64,000 nucleotides of DNA, taken from NCBI GenBank assembly GCA_013239625.1, contig MU054338.1, forward strand, positions 2,218,968-2,282,967, in the 5' to 3' direction. Within the stretch, counting starts at the first letter, position 1. Each line of letters opens with the position of its first letter. This document shows, in pieces, positions 38,501-52,200 of this stretch. The position numbers were made by a program, and so were the translations under genes. A model generated the notes under the pieces. It was not told where the DNA came from. It did no database searches and was given only the letters and a program-made list of their open reading frames with translations. The DNA is from Lama guanicoe. Lineage: Eukaryota.

Positions 38501-41500
38501 CCCAGGTTCTGGTCCAGAGTCGACGTCTGTAAGACCAGGGCCAGCCCTGCTGCCGGGCAGTCCCACTCTTCCCACGTCCTCAGGACGGTCCTCCCTCCCC
38601 TCAGGAGTCCTTTTAACCTTCAGGGGCAGCATGGGAGGAGATGGGACCCTCCCTGGTCTCCTGGCCTGCAGCTGTGGCCACCAGAGCACCTTCCGTGCCA
38701 CACGGCCCACATCACTGCACAGTGGAGGAGCAGGAAGCCGGCGCATTGGTTCCGGTTGTGCGCCTGTCCCTGAGCCCCTGAGACGGCCGCTGCTTTGTGT
38801 CATCTCCTTTGGGTCAGGCACTCTTCTAGCTGCTTCACAGAAGTTTCGCTCAGTTTCATGGCAACTGTGCAGTGTTATCCCATTATCCCCACTTCTGAGA
38901 TGAAGAGACTGAGGTTCAGGGAGGAGAAGTTGCTTGCCCAAAGCTACGCAGCCAGTAAGGGTTGAAGTCAAGCTAAAAGCCAGGTCCATCCTTCTCCAAA
39001 GCCCACCCTTTCTCTGTCTACCTGCTGGACTGGTTGACAGCAGTGGAAGGGAGGGAGCGGCCAGGGCTGGCTTCCTGAGCCCATGCAGAAGAGGCAAAGC
39101 CAGAGACTCCAACATGAGTGGAAAATTGGGCCACCCCCCTTTTCTGGTTCGATCTCTGTCACGTGGGACTTCTCCCCCAGCCCCTCAGAGAACGGATGGC
39201 TGGGAGTGAGACGACCAGCCCCCAGCCTTTCTCTGGAGCTGGTGGTCAGGAAGCCAGAGCTGGGCACCTGGAGCCAGCCCCAGCTCTCCAGGTCCCTCTG
39301 CCTGTGTGCCTCTCAGACCAGATGCTTCCCTGGAGGTTTCGGGAGCTCTGAGAAAGGCCATGCCCTGAGACAGCAGTTTCCAGGGAGCCCCAGCCATTCA
39401 TCACCATGATCCTTCATTGGATGGCTCCCGCTGGGGCCGAGCAGGGGCAAGGCACACATGGCTGCAATGACCCATCCCCTGTGAGCTTTAGATGGCTGAC
39501 CTGTTGCTGCCAAGCCTGGTGGCCCTCTCACCACAGAGTGTCATGGCCTGAGCAGCGAAGGGCAGGTCGGGGACAGCAGGGATGGAGCTGGGCTGCCCAC
39601 CAGTCGCTGAGACCTGATCTCTCCTTCGTAAGATGGGGATAGGATCACACCTGGGGGCCAAGGTGAGTCAAGCACCTGGACTGCCTGGCTCTGTGCCAGC
39701 TGCTGGAGGGGCACAGGTGAGCTTCGGGTCCCTGCTGTCACTGTCATCGTCTGTGTTCTGATAGTCTCCTCACCGGGCCAGGAGCAGTGTCCCATTCCCC
39801 TGGGACCCAGTACCCACACAGGATGTGGCAGGGTGGTGTCCACAGGCTCTTTCTGGCATGCTTTCCTCCCTTCCCTCCCCTGTGCCCCACTGGGGAGCTG
39901 GCAAGACTGCCCCCCAGAGCCCAGAGTTACCCTCACTCAGAGTGATCCTGCCTTGCCCGCCTCCCCTCCCTGTCTCAGGGGACACTGGGCTGTGTCTGGG
40001 ACATCTTTGGTTGGCATGACTAGGGGTGGGCTCCTGGCATCAAGTGGACCAGGTCCAGGGAGGCTGCTCACACCTCGCAGTGCCCAGGACAGCCTGGTGG
40101 CAGCAGTGCTGCAGGCAGCCACATTGCCACATGCCACATGCAGGCCGTGCTCTGCCTCGAGCACTGAGTCATGAATGACGTCACAGGGTGTCTCCTTGGC
40201 CTCCGAGCCTCACAGCATAAAAACAGCAGGGCCAGTTTTCAAGATAAGCAAGGCGCGGGGGGCCCTGCAGTTAGCCCGAGCACTTCTGGAAGCAGAATAC
40301 TGCCTGGGGGCCTCCAGGCCTGGCTGAACTTGGTGAGGACGTGCCCAGGACGCTGCACTCGCGGCGCCCCTCCCCGAGGAGGCCGCAGCGGTGACAAGTG
40401 GGGGGCCGCACTGTCGTGGGTCCTCCCTCCACAGGCCTGTCTGAGCTCATTTCCTCCCCTGGACTGAGGGAGGGGTGATCCCTGCCCACAGTTGGGGGCT
40501 GGCAGGTGATTCAGTAAGGTGAAGACTTGCCCGCAGTGTTGTCCCGCACGTGGGACCCCAGCCTGCCTCCGGCTCCAGCTGGCAGGAGGGCTTGCGAGGC
40601 TCGGGCACTGGCTTATCTCCAGGCCCCTGGTCTTTGCTAACCCCGGGGCCAGCCCACGTACCACCACCATCTCACTCACCAGGTAGCCTCCCTGGTCTAG
40701 GGCCCTAGAGGACCCTCTGTCCTGCAGACACGGGGGTGGTTCATTCTCCATGGGGGGCCGTCCCAGGCACAATGGGGAGCAGCATCCCTGGCCCCCACCC
40801 ACCAGAAGCCAGGAGCCCCAGAAGTCATGACAATCACGGATGTCCCCAGACGTGGCCCAGTGTCCCCTGGGGGCAGGACCACCCCAGAGAGGACCCCGGG
40901 GTTATACTTACTTTGAGCCTTCTTGCTGAGTACTTGATGAGTGGAACCCCGTGAGTGCAGTAGGGCCGGGCAAGGGCAAGGGGCGCGAGGAGCCACAGGG
41001 AAGGCCTCTTCGGGAGAGCTCATGCAGCCCCTGGGCAGCCGGGTTGAAAGCAAGGGCGCTGCTCTGTCACTGGGACTTCGCCCTGTGTGAGTCGGCCCCG
41101 GTCCCGGAGAGGACCAAGTCAGGATTGACACGGGGAGCACATAGGATGGCAGCCCCCGGTGGTCAGGTGGTCTGTTACCCATGCAAGCCCTGGCCATGTC
41201 GGGACCTCATCGTTGTTCTTTCAGGCTGGAGTGTGCCCGTTTCCCGGAGGAATAGACTGAGGCTCAGAGTCTGCAGCAGTGCCTGGCTCTTTGTTCTGGG
41301 GGCTGCGAGGGGAGAGGGGACACCCTTCCTCAGGGCTGGCTCAGCAGGTGTGCGGTACCCCCAGTGACAGCACCCTGCAGGTGGGGCAGTGGCCGCCAGC
41401 GGCCGAGGGCCTGGGCCCACCTCACGGACCACATGGATGCCAGCCTGCAGATGCCGGCCCCCCTGGCAGGGTCCCTCCAGAGCCAGTCATTGCTTCCTTC

Positions 41501-44500
41501 CCAGCTATGTCATGCCCTGAGCAGCAGCTCTAAACACCTGCCGCCCAAGCCCGCCTTGCAGGTCTTCTGTGCTCGTGACTGCTCGTTAATAGAGAGGTTG
41601 CTCCTCTCTCTACCTGTTATTAGAGGACAGCCAGCTGTGCCCCACCGCTGAGACGCGTCTGGTCGCGTGCTGGGCGTGCGTGGTCCCAGCTGCCCCCCGC
41701 TGTCTCATTTCTTTGAATGGTGAATGAGTTCCCTTGACTCAGAATCCGCGCAGCACAAGATGGCAGGGCAGGAGCGCCCAGGCTCCCCTCCTCTGCTGAC
41801 CCGCGTCCTCTGATTTCTCTCCCCAGAGCCGACGTCTGCTACTGATTTCTCCTTCCGGCAATAGCTTCTTTTGCAGTGTGTTGTTACCTGTAGTGCGTCC
41901 TGAAGGCCCCACCAGCACCTCCAGCCTCTTACTGCGGCACCTCCTGTCGGAGATGGCCTCGCCCTCCGTGTAGACCTTTGTACCTCTCTGTCCTCTGCTC
42001 TCTGAAGCAGCCTGCAGAGATCTTTGTACGCACAATTTTGCAGAATTTCTAAGGGTGAATTCTTAGAAGTAGAAATGCTGCCTCAGAAAGGATGTACATT
42101 TTTAGATTTTGAAAGCAGTTGCCAAATTTTGGCTCCTGCCAACAGTGGGTGCGAGTGTCACCTCGGCTGGCGAGGATGTCATCAGATCTTGGGGCTCGCC
42201 GGCAGTGGGTGGAAGCCCCACGTTCTGGGCCGGTTTGCAGCCCCAGCCGCAGGTGCAGGTGAGCCTCCTTTTCTGGGAACATTGTGTTCCTGTCCTTTGC
42301 TGCTGTGGGCTGTCCTGAGGGTGGCAGGTATTTTTCCTGATTGTGCTGTCTTTTTTTTTTAGAAAACTGTGGGGCGTTCGCCTTGCAGACCCTTCTTGTT
42401 TCTCTGGAAATGAATTTATCAGCCTTTTCTCTCACGGCTTCAGGGTCTTCTGTTCTTCCTGCCGTGCAGCAAGCAGCAGTCTCAGGGGAGGTGGGTGGAG
42501 GGTCCCTGAGAACTCTCTCTCTCAGGTACTGCCTTCATTTCTCTAGAATGGGCTGGTTGCAACCTGGCGGAGCTGCGGGCTCCAAGGATGGGCTCAACTG
42601 GGGACTGCTGGCAGGCCGAGCCACCTGGTTTTGTCACCAGCATCGTGTGATTTGGATGCGACTGTGGCCCACAGTCCTGCTCGTTCCTGCTCTCCTCCTG
42701 AGGTCTTGGTTGAGGCCACAGCATCAGTTTCTGCCTCCATCTCTTCACCCAGAAAACCTGAGCGTTCGGGGCGGGTGCTCCTCGGCTAACGAGGCCCTGG
42801 TCAGGGCCGGCCGCGGTTGACTCTGCACAATGGGCCAGGAAGTTCGCCAGCCTCTCTGAGCCTTAAAGCAGGGGGACTGCCAGCTGGCCCAGCTCTGGGG
42901 CTGCCCGAACAGAGCTGTGACGTCTCCTCTTTGTGTCCAGCCTCGCCTGAAGCCCATCAACAGGCCGCTCGGTCGCGCTGGATGCCAGCCCTCCTGGGAC
43001 TTGGTTCTGGCTTGTACTCAGCCTGGCACTGTGGTCGGCAAGATGACCAGGCCCCCCTTGGGAAAATATCCCCCGAACCGGTGTTTCCACCAGGAACAGA
43101 CACTCAGATGGGCATCTCTGTGTCCCCAGGTGTCCATGCTACCCCAGTGGTGGTCAGGTGTAATGAGGGCTCCCTTGGCAGGCCCTGGTGGGCGCATCAC
43201 AGGGCAAGGCAGGGGTAGGGTGGGGCTAGGTTGGCAGAGAGGGAGGAGGAAGAGGAGGAAGGCCAAAGAGGGAGGCTGTTCTGTGGATGGATGAGACGTG
43301 TCTAGGATACCTGGCCGGGGCAGGAAGTCGATGGCCAAGAAGGTGGCTGCTCCCCTGTGGGGCTTACCTGAAATGGGGGGGGCTGAAGCGCTGCAACCCT
43401 GCTTCTCACTGAAGCAAGAGGCCCGCTGTCCACCGAGTTTGGGGCATCAGGGCTCTGGGGCTCCAGGCCAGCACGGGCTCAGAGGAGTCCCAGGTTGGGT
43501 GGAGGAGGTGCCGTGAGCACCGGGGGTGCATGGGCCTCCACACAAGAGCCCTGTCTGTGCCTCCACCTGATCCCTCCGCCCAACCTTCACATCCTCATCT
43601 TTGCAAGGGTGTGCGGGCATCCAGTTCGCAAGGCCGCGCAGAGGGAACACGGGATAAGACGTGCACGCTGAGGTGGCCAGTGGCCACGTTACTGTCCCTC
43701 GGGTCTAATCTGACTGGCTCTGCTTTGGCTGAGCGTCTGGCTTTGGGCCGAAACCACACCAAGGTGGCCCTTTGTGTCCTACAGTCTGGATGAGGGACAG
43801 GGAACAGGCTTATGCTGGCACTTCAGCTCCAGGGTTAGGCTCTGGCGCTCATCAGGCCACGTGGAGACATGGAAGTAGGGCTTAGGCAGCTCTGCTAAGT
43901 TGTCTCCTGGTGTTGCACAGAGATGTGAACGGTGTGAGCCTGGTGACGCTGAGCTAGGGCTTGCTTCAGGTGTCTTTTTTTTTTTAAGGGCAAATGTTCT
44001 CTTTGGTTTACTTTGTCTCTATGGATTTGACAACTCTGGGCCCTCCTGTGAGTGGAATCAAATGGTATGTGCCCTTCTGTGTCTGACTGACTTCGCTGAG
44101 CACTACGTCCTTAAGATTTATCCATGTTGTAGCATGTCTGGGTTTCCTTCCTTTTTAAGGCTGAGTAATATTCCAGTGTGTGGATGGAACACACATTGTT
44201 TATCCATTCACTGTCCTTGACACTTGGGTTGTTTTTCTTTTTGGCTTTTGTGAATACTTCCGGTAAGAGCATTTGAGTACTGGCTTCTGTGTAGATCTGT
44301 TTCCTTGCTTCTGGATGTTTATCTCAAAGTAGGGGTGCTGGGTCACCGGCAGTTTGATTTCTTGAGGACCTAGCAGGGGCAAGGAGAGTAGGGAGTGAGT
44401 GTTTCATGGGAATAGAGTTTCAGTTGGGAAGGTGAGAAAGTTTTGGAGATGGTGGTGGGGATGGTTGCACAACAATGTGAATGTACTTAATGCTGCTGAG

Positions 44501-44582
44501 CTGTGCATTTAGAAATGATTAAGACGGTGAATTTTATGTTACGTGTATTTTACTATAATCTTTTTTAAAGGCAAGTGTGTGT

Positions 44583-47500
44583 TTTTTTAATTGAAGTATA
44601 ATTGATTTACAATGTTGTGTTAGTTTCTGGTGTAAAGCATAGTGATTCAGTTATACATATATATTTTCCATTGTAGGTGGTTAGAAGACATTGAATACAG
44701 TTTCCTGTGCTATACAGTGGGACCTTGTTGTTTATCTGTCTTATATATAGTAGTTACTATCTGCAAATCCCAAACTCCTAGTTTATCCCCCACCTCCTTT
44801 CCCCTTTGGTACCAGTGTTTGTTTTCTATGTCTGTGAGTCTCTTTCTGTTTTGCAAATAAGTTCATTTGTGTCATTTTTTTTTAGATTTCCCATATAAGT
44901 GATACTATATGATGTTTGTCTTTGTCTGATTTACTTCACTTCATATGATAATCTCCAGGTCCATTTCTGTTGCTGCAAGTGGCATTATGTCATTCTTTTG
45001 TATGGCCGAGTAGTATCCCACTGTGTGTGTGTGTATATGTGGTATAGGTATAGATGTATACACCACAGCTTCTTTATCCAGTCATCTGTCGATGGGCATT
45101 TAGGTTGTTTCCATGTCTTGGCTACTGTAAATAGTGCTGTTGTGGACAGTGGAGTGCATTATCTTTTTGAATTAGAGATTTCTCCTGATCTATGCCCAGG
45201 AGTAGGATTGCTGGATCATATGGTAAATCCATTTTTAGTTTTTTAAGGAACCTCCATACTGTTCTCCGTAGTGGCTGCACCAAGTTACAGTCCTACCAGC
45301 AGTGTAGGAGGGCTCCCTTTTCTCCACACCCTCTCCAGCATTTATCGTTTGTGGACTTTTTAATGATGGTCATTCTGGCTGGTGTGAGGTGATACCTCGT
45401 AGTTTTGATTTGCATTTCTCTGATAATTAGTGATACTGAGCGCCTGTTCATGTTCCTGTTGGCCGTCGTCTTCATTGGAGAAATGTCTGTTGAGGTCTTC
45501 TGCCCATTTTTGGATTGGGTTGTTCTTTGTTTGGTTTGCTTATTAAGACGTGTGAGCTGCTTGTATATAATGGAAATTAAGCCCTTGTCAGTGGCATCAT
45601 TCGCACATATTTCCTTCCAGTCTGTAGGTTGTCTTTTCATTTTGCTTATAGTTTGCTTTGCTGTGCAAATGCTTAGAAGTTTATTTAGGTCCCGTTTATT
45701 TATATTTCTTTTGTTTCTACTGCCTCAGTAGACTGACCTAGGAGAACATTGCTGTGATTTGCGTCAGAATGTTTTGCTCTTTTTTTTTTTTTTTGCTTAT
45801 GTTTTCTTCCAAGTTTATAGTGTCCTGTCATAGGTTTAAGTCTTTAAGCCATTTTGAGCTTGTTTTTGTGTATGGTGTGAGGGAGTTTTTAACCTCATTG
45901 ATTTACACGTGCTGTCCAGCTTTCCCAACACCACTTGTTGAAGAGCCTGTCTTTTCTCCACTGTATATTTTGTCTCCTTTGTCGAAGATTAATTGACCAT
46001 AGGTGTGTGGGTTTATTTCGTGACTCTCTGTTCTGTCCCACTGAGCCATGTGTCTTTTTGTGCCGATGCATTGCTGTCTGATTACTGTATCTTTGTAGTA
46101 TTGTCTGAAGTCTGGGAGGGTTATGCCTCCAGTTTCTTTCTTTTTCTTCAGTATTGCTTTGGCAATTCTGGTTTTTTTGTGATTTCATATTAACTTTAGG
46201 ATTATTTGTTCTAGTTTTGTGAAAACCCATGGGTAATTCAGTAGGGATTGCATTAAATCTATGAATTGCTTTGAGTAGTACGACCATTTTAACAATATTA
46301 GTATTCCAATCCAGAGCATGGGATATCCTCCCATTTCTTTAAATCATCTTCAGTTTCCTTTATCAGTGTTGTGTGGTTCTCAATATATGTCTTTTACCTC
46401 CTTGGTCAGGTTTATTTTGAAGTATTTAATTTTTTTGATGTGATTTTAAAAGGGATTTTTTTTTTTACTTTACTTCTCTGATATTTTGTTGTTAGTGTAA
46501 AGAAATGCAGTAGTGTTCTGTGTGTTAATCTTGTATCCTGCTACCTTGCTGAATTCTTTAATCAGCTCTAGTACTTTTTTGTGGCATCTTTAGGGTTTTT
46601 TTTATATATAGTCTCATGTCTTCTGCATATAGTGACAATTTTACATCTTCTCTTCCAATTGGGATCCCTTTTGTTTCTTTTTCTTGTCTAATTGCTATGG
46701 CTAGGATTTCCAATACTATGTTGAATAAAAGTGGTGAGAGCTGGCATCCTTGTCTTGTTCCAGATTTTAGCAGAAAGGCTTTCGACTCTTCACTGTTGAG
46801 TATTTTGTTGGCTGTGGGCTGGTCATATATAGCTTTTACTGTTTTTGTTTTTTGTTTGTTTGTTTGGTGGTGGGAGGTAATTAGGTTTCTTTATGTATTT
46901 TTAATTTATTTTTTTAATTTTAACTTTATTTTCTAGTGGAGGTACTGGGGATTGAACCCAGGACCTTGTGCATGCTAAGCACATGCTCTACCACAGAGCT
47001 ATACCCTCCCTCCATATGTGGCTTTTATTATGTTGAGGTGTGTTCTCTGTACCCACTTTGGTAAGAATTTTTATCGTGAATAGATGTTGAGTTTCATCAA
47101 ATGCTTTTTCTGCATCTATTGAGACGATCGTGCGATTTTGTCCTTTCCTTTGTTGATGTGTGTATCGCATCGATTGCATCCATTGGACCATCCTTGTGAC
47201 CCTGGGATAAATCCAGCTTGGTCGTAGTATAACGATCTTTTTTGTGTGTTGTTGAATTAAGTTTGCTAATATTTTGTTGTGAATTTTTGCATCTGTGTTC
47301 ATCAAAGATACTGGCCTGGATTTTTCCCTTTGATAGTGTCTCCGTCTGGTTTTGGTGTCAGGGTGACGGTAGCTTCTCAGACGACTTTGGGCGTGTTCCC
47401 ACCTCTTCAGTCTCTGCAGCAGCCTGCTGATCGGCTTGAGTTCTCTGCGCGTTCGGTAGAATTCCCCAGTGGAGCCGTCGGGTCCTGAGTGTAGGAAGTT

Positions 47501-48235
47501 CGTTTCGCTTTGAATTACAGGCTCTGATCCTGGTGACTGGTCTGTTCAGACGATCTACTTCTGAATTCGTCCTGGGGGACTGCATGTCTCGGGCAGCCTG
47601 CCTGTCTCCCAGGCGCCCCAGCTTGCTGGCGTGCGGCTGTCGGAGGTGCTCTCTTACAGGTTCGTGTGTGTCTGTGGTGTCAGCTGCGACTTCTTCCCTT
47701 TCGCTCTTACTTCGTTTATTGTGCCCTCTCTCTTCTCTTCTCAGTGAGCCTGGCCAGAGGTTGGTCAACTTTGTTGTCTCTTTCAAAAACCAGCCCTTGG
47801 TATGACTGACTTTTTCTGTTTTTTAAGTCTCTATTTTATTTGTTTCCTCCCTGATCTTTATTATTTCTTTCCTTCTGGTGACTTTAGGTTTTGCTTGTTC
47901 TTATTTTTTTAATTCTTTTAAGTGGTAGGTTAGGTGGGTTTTTTGAGATTGTTGTGTTTTGAGGAAGTCCTGTAGGGCTGTGACTTTCCTTTCTAGGACT
48001 GCTTTTGCTGCTTCCCACAGATTTTTTGTGGTTGTGTTTCCATTGTCATTTGTCTTAAGGTATTTTTTAATTTCTTCTTTGATTTCATCATTGACGCATT
48101 GGTTTTAGTAACATATTGTTTATCTCCATACCATCTTTTTTTTTTCTTTTTCTGTGGTTGATTTCTAGTTTCATGGCATTGTAATCAGAAAAGATGCTTG
48201 AAATAATTTCTATCCTCTTAAGTTTGTTGAGGTTA
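44583..48235 (-). mobile_element. LINE-1 fragment of about 3.6 kb (3' UTR plus degraded ORF2) with nested SINE at about 46840-47012, in FZR1 intron 1
   Basis: ORF2-like peptides KRQPTDWKEICANDATDKGLISIIYKQL...[17 protein letters not shown] and NTDAKIHNKILANLIQQH; frameshifts and stops. Confidence 0.92.
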
Positions 48236-49276
48236 AAAGGCAGGTAGTGAACTCACTGGGTGGCACACCTAGGGATTCGTATTCGTCAGCTTAATTTCTG
48301 GCCAGCCTTCAGCTTTTGACGTCTTGGTATTTGGTCTGTTGTTGAGCTGGGCACTGGCCCAGAGGCTCAGGGCTGGACTGGCCTGGCCCTACCTGCACCG
48401 GACCCCCCCCAAATCTCAGCATCTCCCCCTTGGCGGGAGGCAGGGCTGGCAGGCGCCTCCTGAGAGGGGCAGACTGTGTGAGCGCCCGGGCCTGCCCAGG
48501 GCCTGGGTGTCCCTGGACTGCAGTTTCCCCCGGAGAGGGCACCCTGCTCTCTGAGGCATCTGCTTGTCTCCGCTGCACAGCCCCTGCTGCCACACTCTCA
48601 CTCTTCCTCAGAGGGGCCTTCCCAGGTCGGGGTGAGCTCGATGGGAGCTGGGTGTGAGCGTGTGTCTGTCCGCTGGAGGCCGACGTCCCCCCACCACGTC
48701 AGGCCTGGCCCTGGAGCCATGGTGCTGGGCACAGTCAGCTCTGCAAACCCCTGCGGAGGGAGATGCAGGACCTGACCCTCTTCCCACTCATGCATACTCA
48801 GGAGCATGTGGGCTGAGGATTATGGGTCCAGGACACAGAGCCCATGCTCAGGGGAGGCAACCAGGACTGCCCCTCACAGCTCCTGAGCTGCTAAGGAGTG
48901 AGATCAGGGGGTCTGAAGCAGGAAGGTGACCAGATCGGGGCCCACGTGGGTGGAGGAGGTGGCCTCGGGTGAGCCCCTGGGGGCCACGGGTAGGTGGGAC
49001 GCTGGCTCTAACCAGGACAGAGGTGTGGGGGCCTGGTAGAAGGTTCCCATGGAGCAGCCAGAGAGGATCCCATTTGTCCCCGTCACGTCCCTCAGGGCTC
49101 CTGGGAGGGAAGGCCCCCCGCACAACAGGGAGACTTGGCTGTCCCAGAGGCGTGCCCTGTAGTCACCAGGCGATGGGGGCCACTGACTGCTGGTGCTGAC
49201 CTCTCCTGCCCTCCCTGCCCAGGCTGACGTGGGCCAGCTGACCAGGGCTGGCGGGCCGTGCCTGCCCTGCCTCGCC

Positions 49277-52200
49277 ATGGACCAGGACTATGAGCGGCGC
49301 CTCCTCCGGCAGATCGTCATCCAGAATGAGAACACAATGCCGTGCGTGAGTACCCAGGTCCCGCCCTGCCGCTCCCCGATGGAGCCCACGGTGCGGGTGT
49401 GGTCAGCTGCTGAGCTTTGGCCCTCGGAGAGCAGAGGTACCTAAAGGAGAGAGACAGGTGGTCCCCACGGCAGCAGCACGGCCACACCGGGGTGAGCCCC
49501 CCAGCACCTTTGTGCGCTTCCCTCTGCTGCTGGAGCCACGGCACGGACCCCCGTTCTTGTGGGGCCCTTGTTCTCATAGGGGACCAGGCGTAGGAGTGAC
49601 GGTGGCACAGGGTGGCCCTGTCTCCAGCTCCTGAAACCTGGTAGAATTTGGGGAGCCCTATTTTCTCTTTCCTGTACCCCCACCCCCTCAGCCATGTGGG
49701 GCTTCTCCGTTGTGGGCTCCCGGCACATTGCAGGCTGTGCCCGCCGGCTCTCGGCGCTCTCAGCTCTGCACTGGGCTGTCCAGGACAGGCTCCTTCCCGC
49801 CTCTTCCAGCTTCACGTGTTGCCAGCAGGCCTCGGCTCACACACCTACCCCTCCAGTCTCTGCCTCATCTTCATGTCCCCTTCTCTCTGTGTGCCAGTCC
49901 CTGTCTCTCCTGAGGACATCAGGCGTTAGATTTAGGGCCACCCGGCTCCAGTATAACCTGGTCTTAACATGATGACACCTGCAAAGACCCTATTTCCAAT
50001 TAAGGTCTCATCCCAAGTACCAGGAGTTGGGATTTCAGCATATCCTTTTGGAGGACACAGTTCAACCCACAGCAGATCCCTTATAGGAGAAAGGACATTC
50101 CTGGGACAGTCGAGTGGGGTCAGAGGGTTCGCTGGAGGTGATGTGCCTGTTCCCATTCCTGGTTCCAGTGATGGAGTCGTGGTCCAGGGGAGAGCTGTCC
50201 TTGTGTGCAGGAAATGGGGTGATGGGAGCGACAGTCTCTCGGTGTTAGGGAGTGGATGCTCTTTGTTCGGTTCTATCAACTTTCCTGTCCATTTGCAACC
50301 GCTTGGAAACAGATCAAGGCTCATTGCGGTGCGTCCACATTTGGGCTCTCGCTGTCCGGGCTCTCCCCGCACCAGATGTGCTCCGCCAGCAGGGTTCCGG
50401 CACGTGGGTTACTACTGAAATGTCTTACCTCTGCCCTCGGGTTTCCAAGACCAAACCCTCGTTCAGTGGCCAGAGGCCAAGTGCAAGGAGGCGGAGTGAG
50501 CAGGGAGAAGAGGGTGTTGGTTGGTCTTGGTGTGCTCTGGGGGCTTGAGGCACCCAGTCCACCCTGCTGTCCTTCCAGGTGGCGGAGATGCGACGAACCC
50601 TGACACCAGCCAACTCCCCCGTGTCCTCCCCCAGCAAGCACGGAGACCGCTTCATCCCCTCGAGAGCTGGTGCCAACTGGAGCGTGAATTTCCACAGAAT
50701 CAACGTGAGGGTCACCCTAGGCGGGAGAAGGACCACTGACTGTGTGGTCTGGGGGCGGGGGCCGGGTCCTTCCAGCTCATCCTTCCCTCTTTCACCTCCC
50801 TCTCCCACAGGAAAATGAGAAATCTCCCAGCCAAAACCGGAAAGCCAAGGACGCCACCTCAGACAACGGGAAAGGTCAGGAGTCAGGCGCTGCCCAACCC
50901 CTTCCTGGTCCCCTCCCCCCCATCCCTGCCTCACGGAGCTTGGTGCCCACAGATGGCCTGGCCTACTCAGCTCTGCTGAAGAATGAACTGCTCGGTGCTG
51001 GAATCGAAAAGGTGCAGGACCCACAGACGGAGGACCGCAGACTGCAGCCCTCCACGCCCGAGAGGAAGGGCCTCTTCACGGTGAGCCCCTGGCTGCTCCC
51101 GGCCTCCAGTCTCAGACTCCCCGGCCTGAGATTCCAGGCCCCTTACCTCTTACCTGTCGGCCTCCTGCACACCTACGGGACAAAGGTGACCTGGGGCAGA
51201 TGCCACGCGCAGGGTGAAGGGGCGGGGCCTCAGCATGAGCCGCCCCCACAGACCGCCTCTCAGCTGTCCCAAGCGTGGGGCCCTGGGGCAGCATCAGAAC
51301 ACTTGGCTTGGGTCCCTAAAGAGATGGTTGAGGGGCTGGGGCTGGACGGGGCAGGAGAGGTAGGAGGATGGCTCAAGTGCAAGGCCTGGTTTGCTTCTCT
51401 GCGCCCTGGACAATCCTGCCAGGGGTGCAGGGCACAAAGGCCCTGGGCCTTGGCGTCCGCTCAGCGGGTGTGCCCCTCCCCCAGTATTCCCTCAGCACCA
51501 AGCGCTCCAGCCCCGAGGACGGCAATGACGTGTCCCCCTACTCCCTGTCCCCCGTCAGCAACAAAAGGTGAGTCCAGACCCAGGTGGGCCTGGACAGCTG
51601 GGCAGTGCCTGGGAGCTGCCATCAGTGCTGGGGCTGTGCACAGGGCTCAGGGCTGGCCTAGAGGACCACCCTCACTGGGGACACCCCACGAGCCCAGACG
51701 AGTGATGGGAGTCAAGGAGGGCTCCTGGAGGAGGTGCGGGGCAGATGGGCAGGCGGGCTTGTCAGAGCTCAGAGCAGCTGAAACCCAGTGGGGCGGTGGC
51801 GGTGGCTGTGGGGTCACCTGCAGGTTTGGGATCACATAGGCAGCAGACAGAGGGTGATGTAAGCAGGTGCGGCTGATGGGCTCCAGGGCTGCGGAAAAGA
51901 GAGAGCTCTGTGCAGGCGCTGTAGGTCACTGACATCTGTGCAAAATCCCCACCTCGGGCTTTCCCTGCAGTCAGAAGTTACTGCGGTCACCGCGGAAACC
52001 CACCCGCAAGATCTCCAAGATCCCCTTCAAGGTCCTGGACGCGCCCGAGCTGCAGGATGACTTCTACCTGAACCTGGTGGACTGGTCGTCTCTCAATGTG
52101 CTCAGTGTGGGGCTGGGGACCTGCGTGTACCTGTGGAGCGCCTGCACCAGCCAGGTGGGTGCCACCGCGCGTGTGTGCATGCTGCGGACGGCACAGTGCC

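Noticed and set aside
38235..39115. Overlapping 222-aa and 245-aa ORFs in FZR1 intron 1
   Set aside because: GC-rich low-information peptides, partly over a MIR-like remnant; no recognisable domain.
44583..48235. L1 ORF2-like peptides as a possibly active retroelement
   Set aside because: Fragmented by stops and frameshifts, 5'-truncated and interrupted by a SINE.
50742..51839. 365-aa ORF, the longest in the track
   Set aside because: A chain of two real FZR1 exons plus stop-free intronic sequence, not an independent gene.
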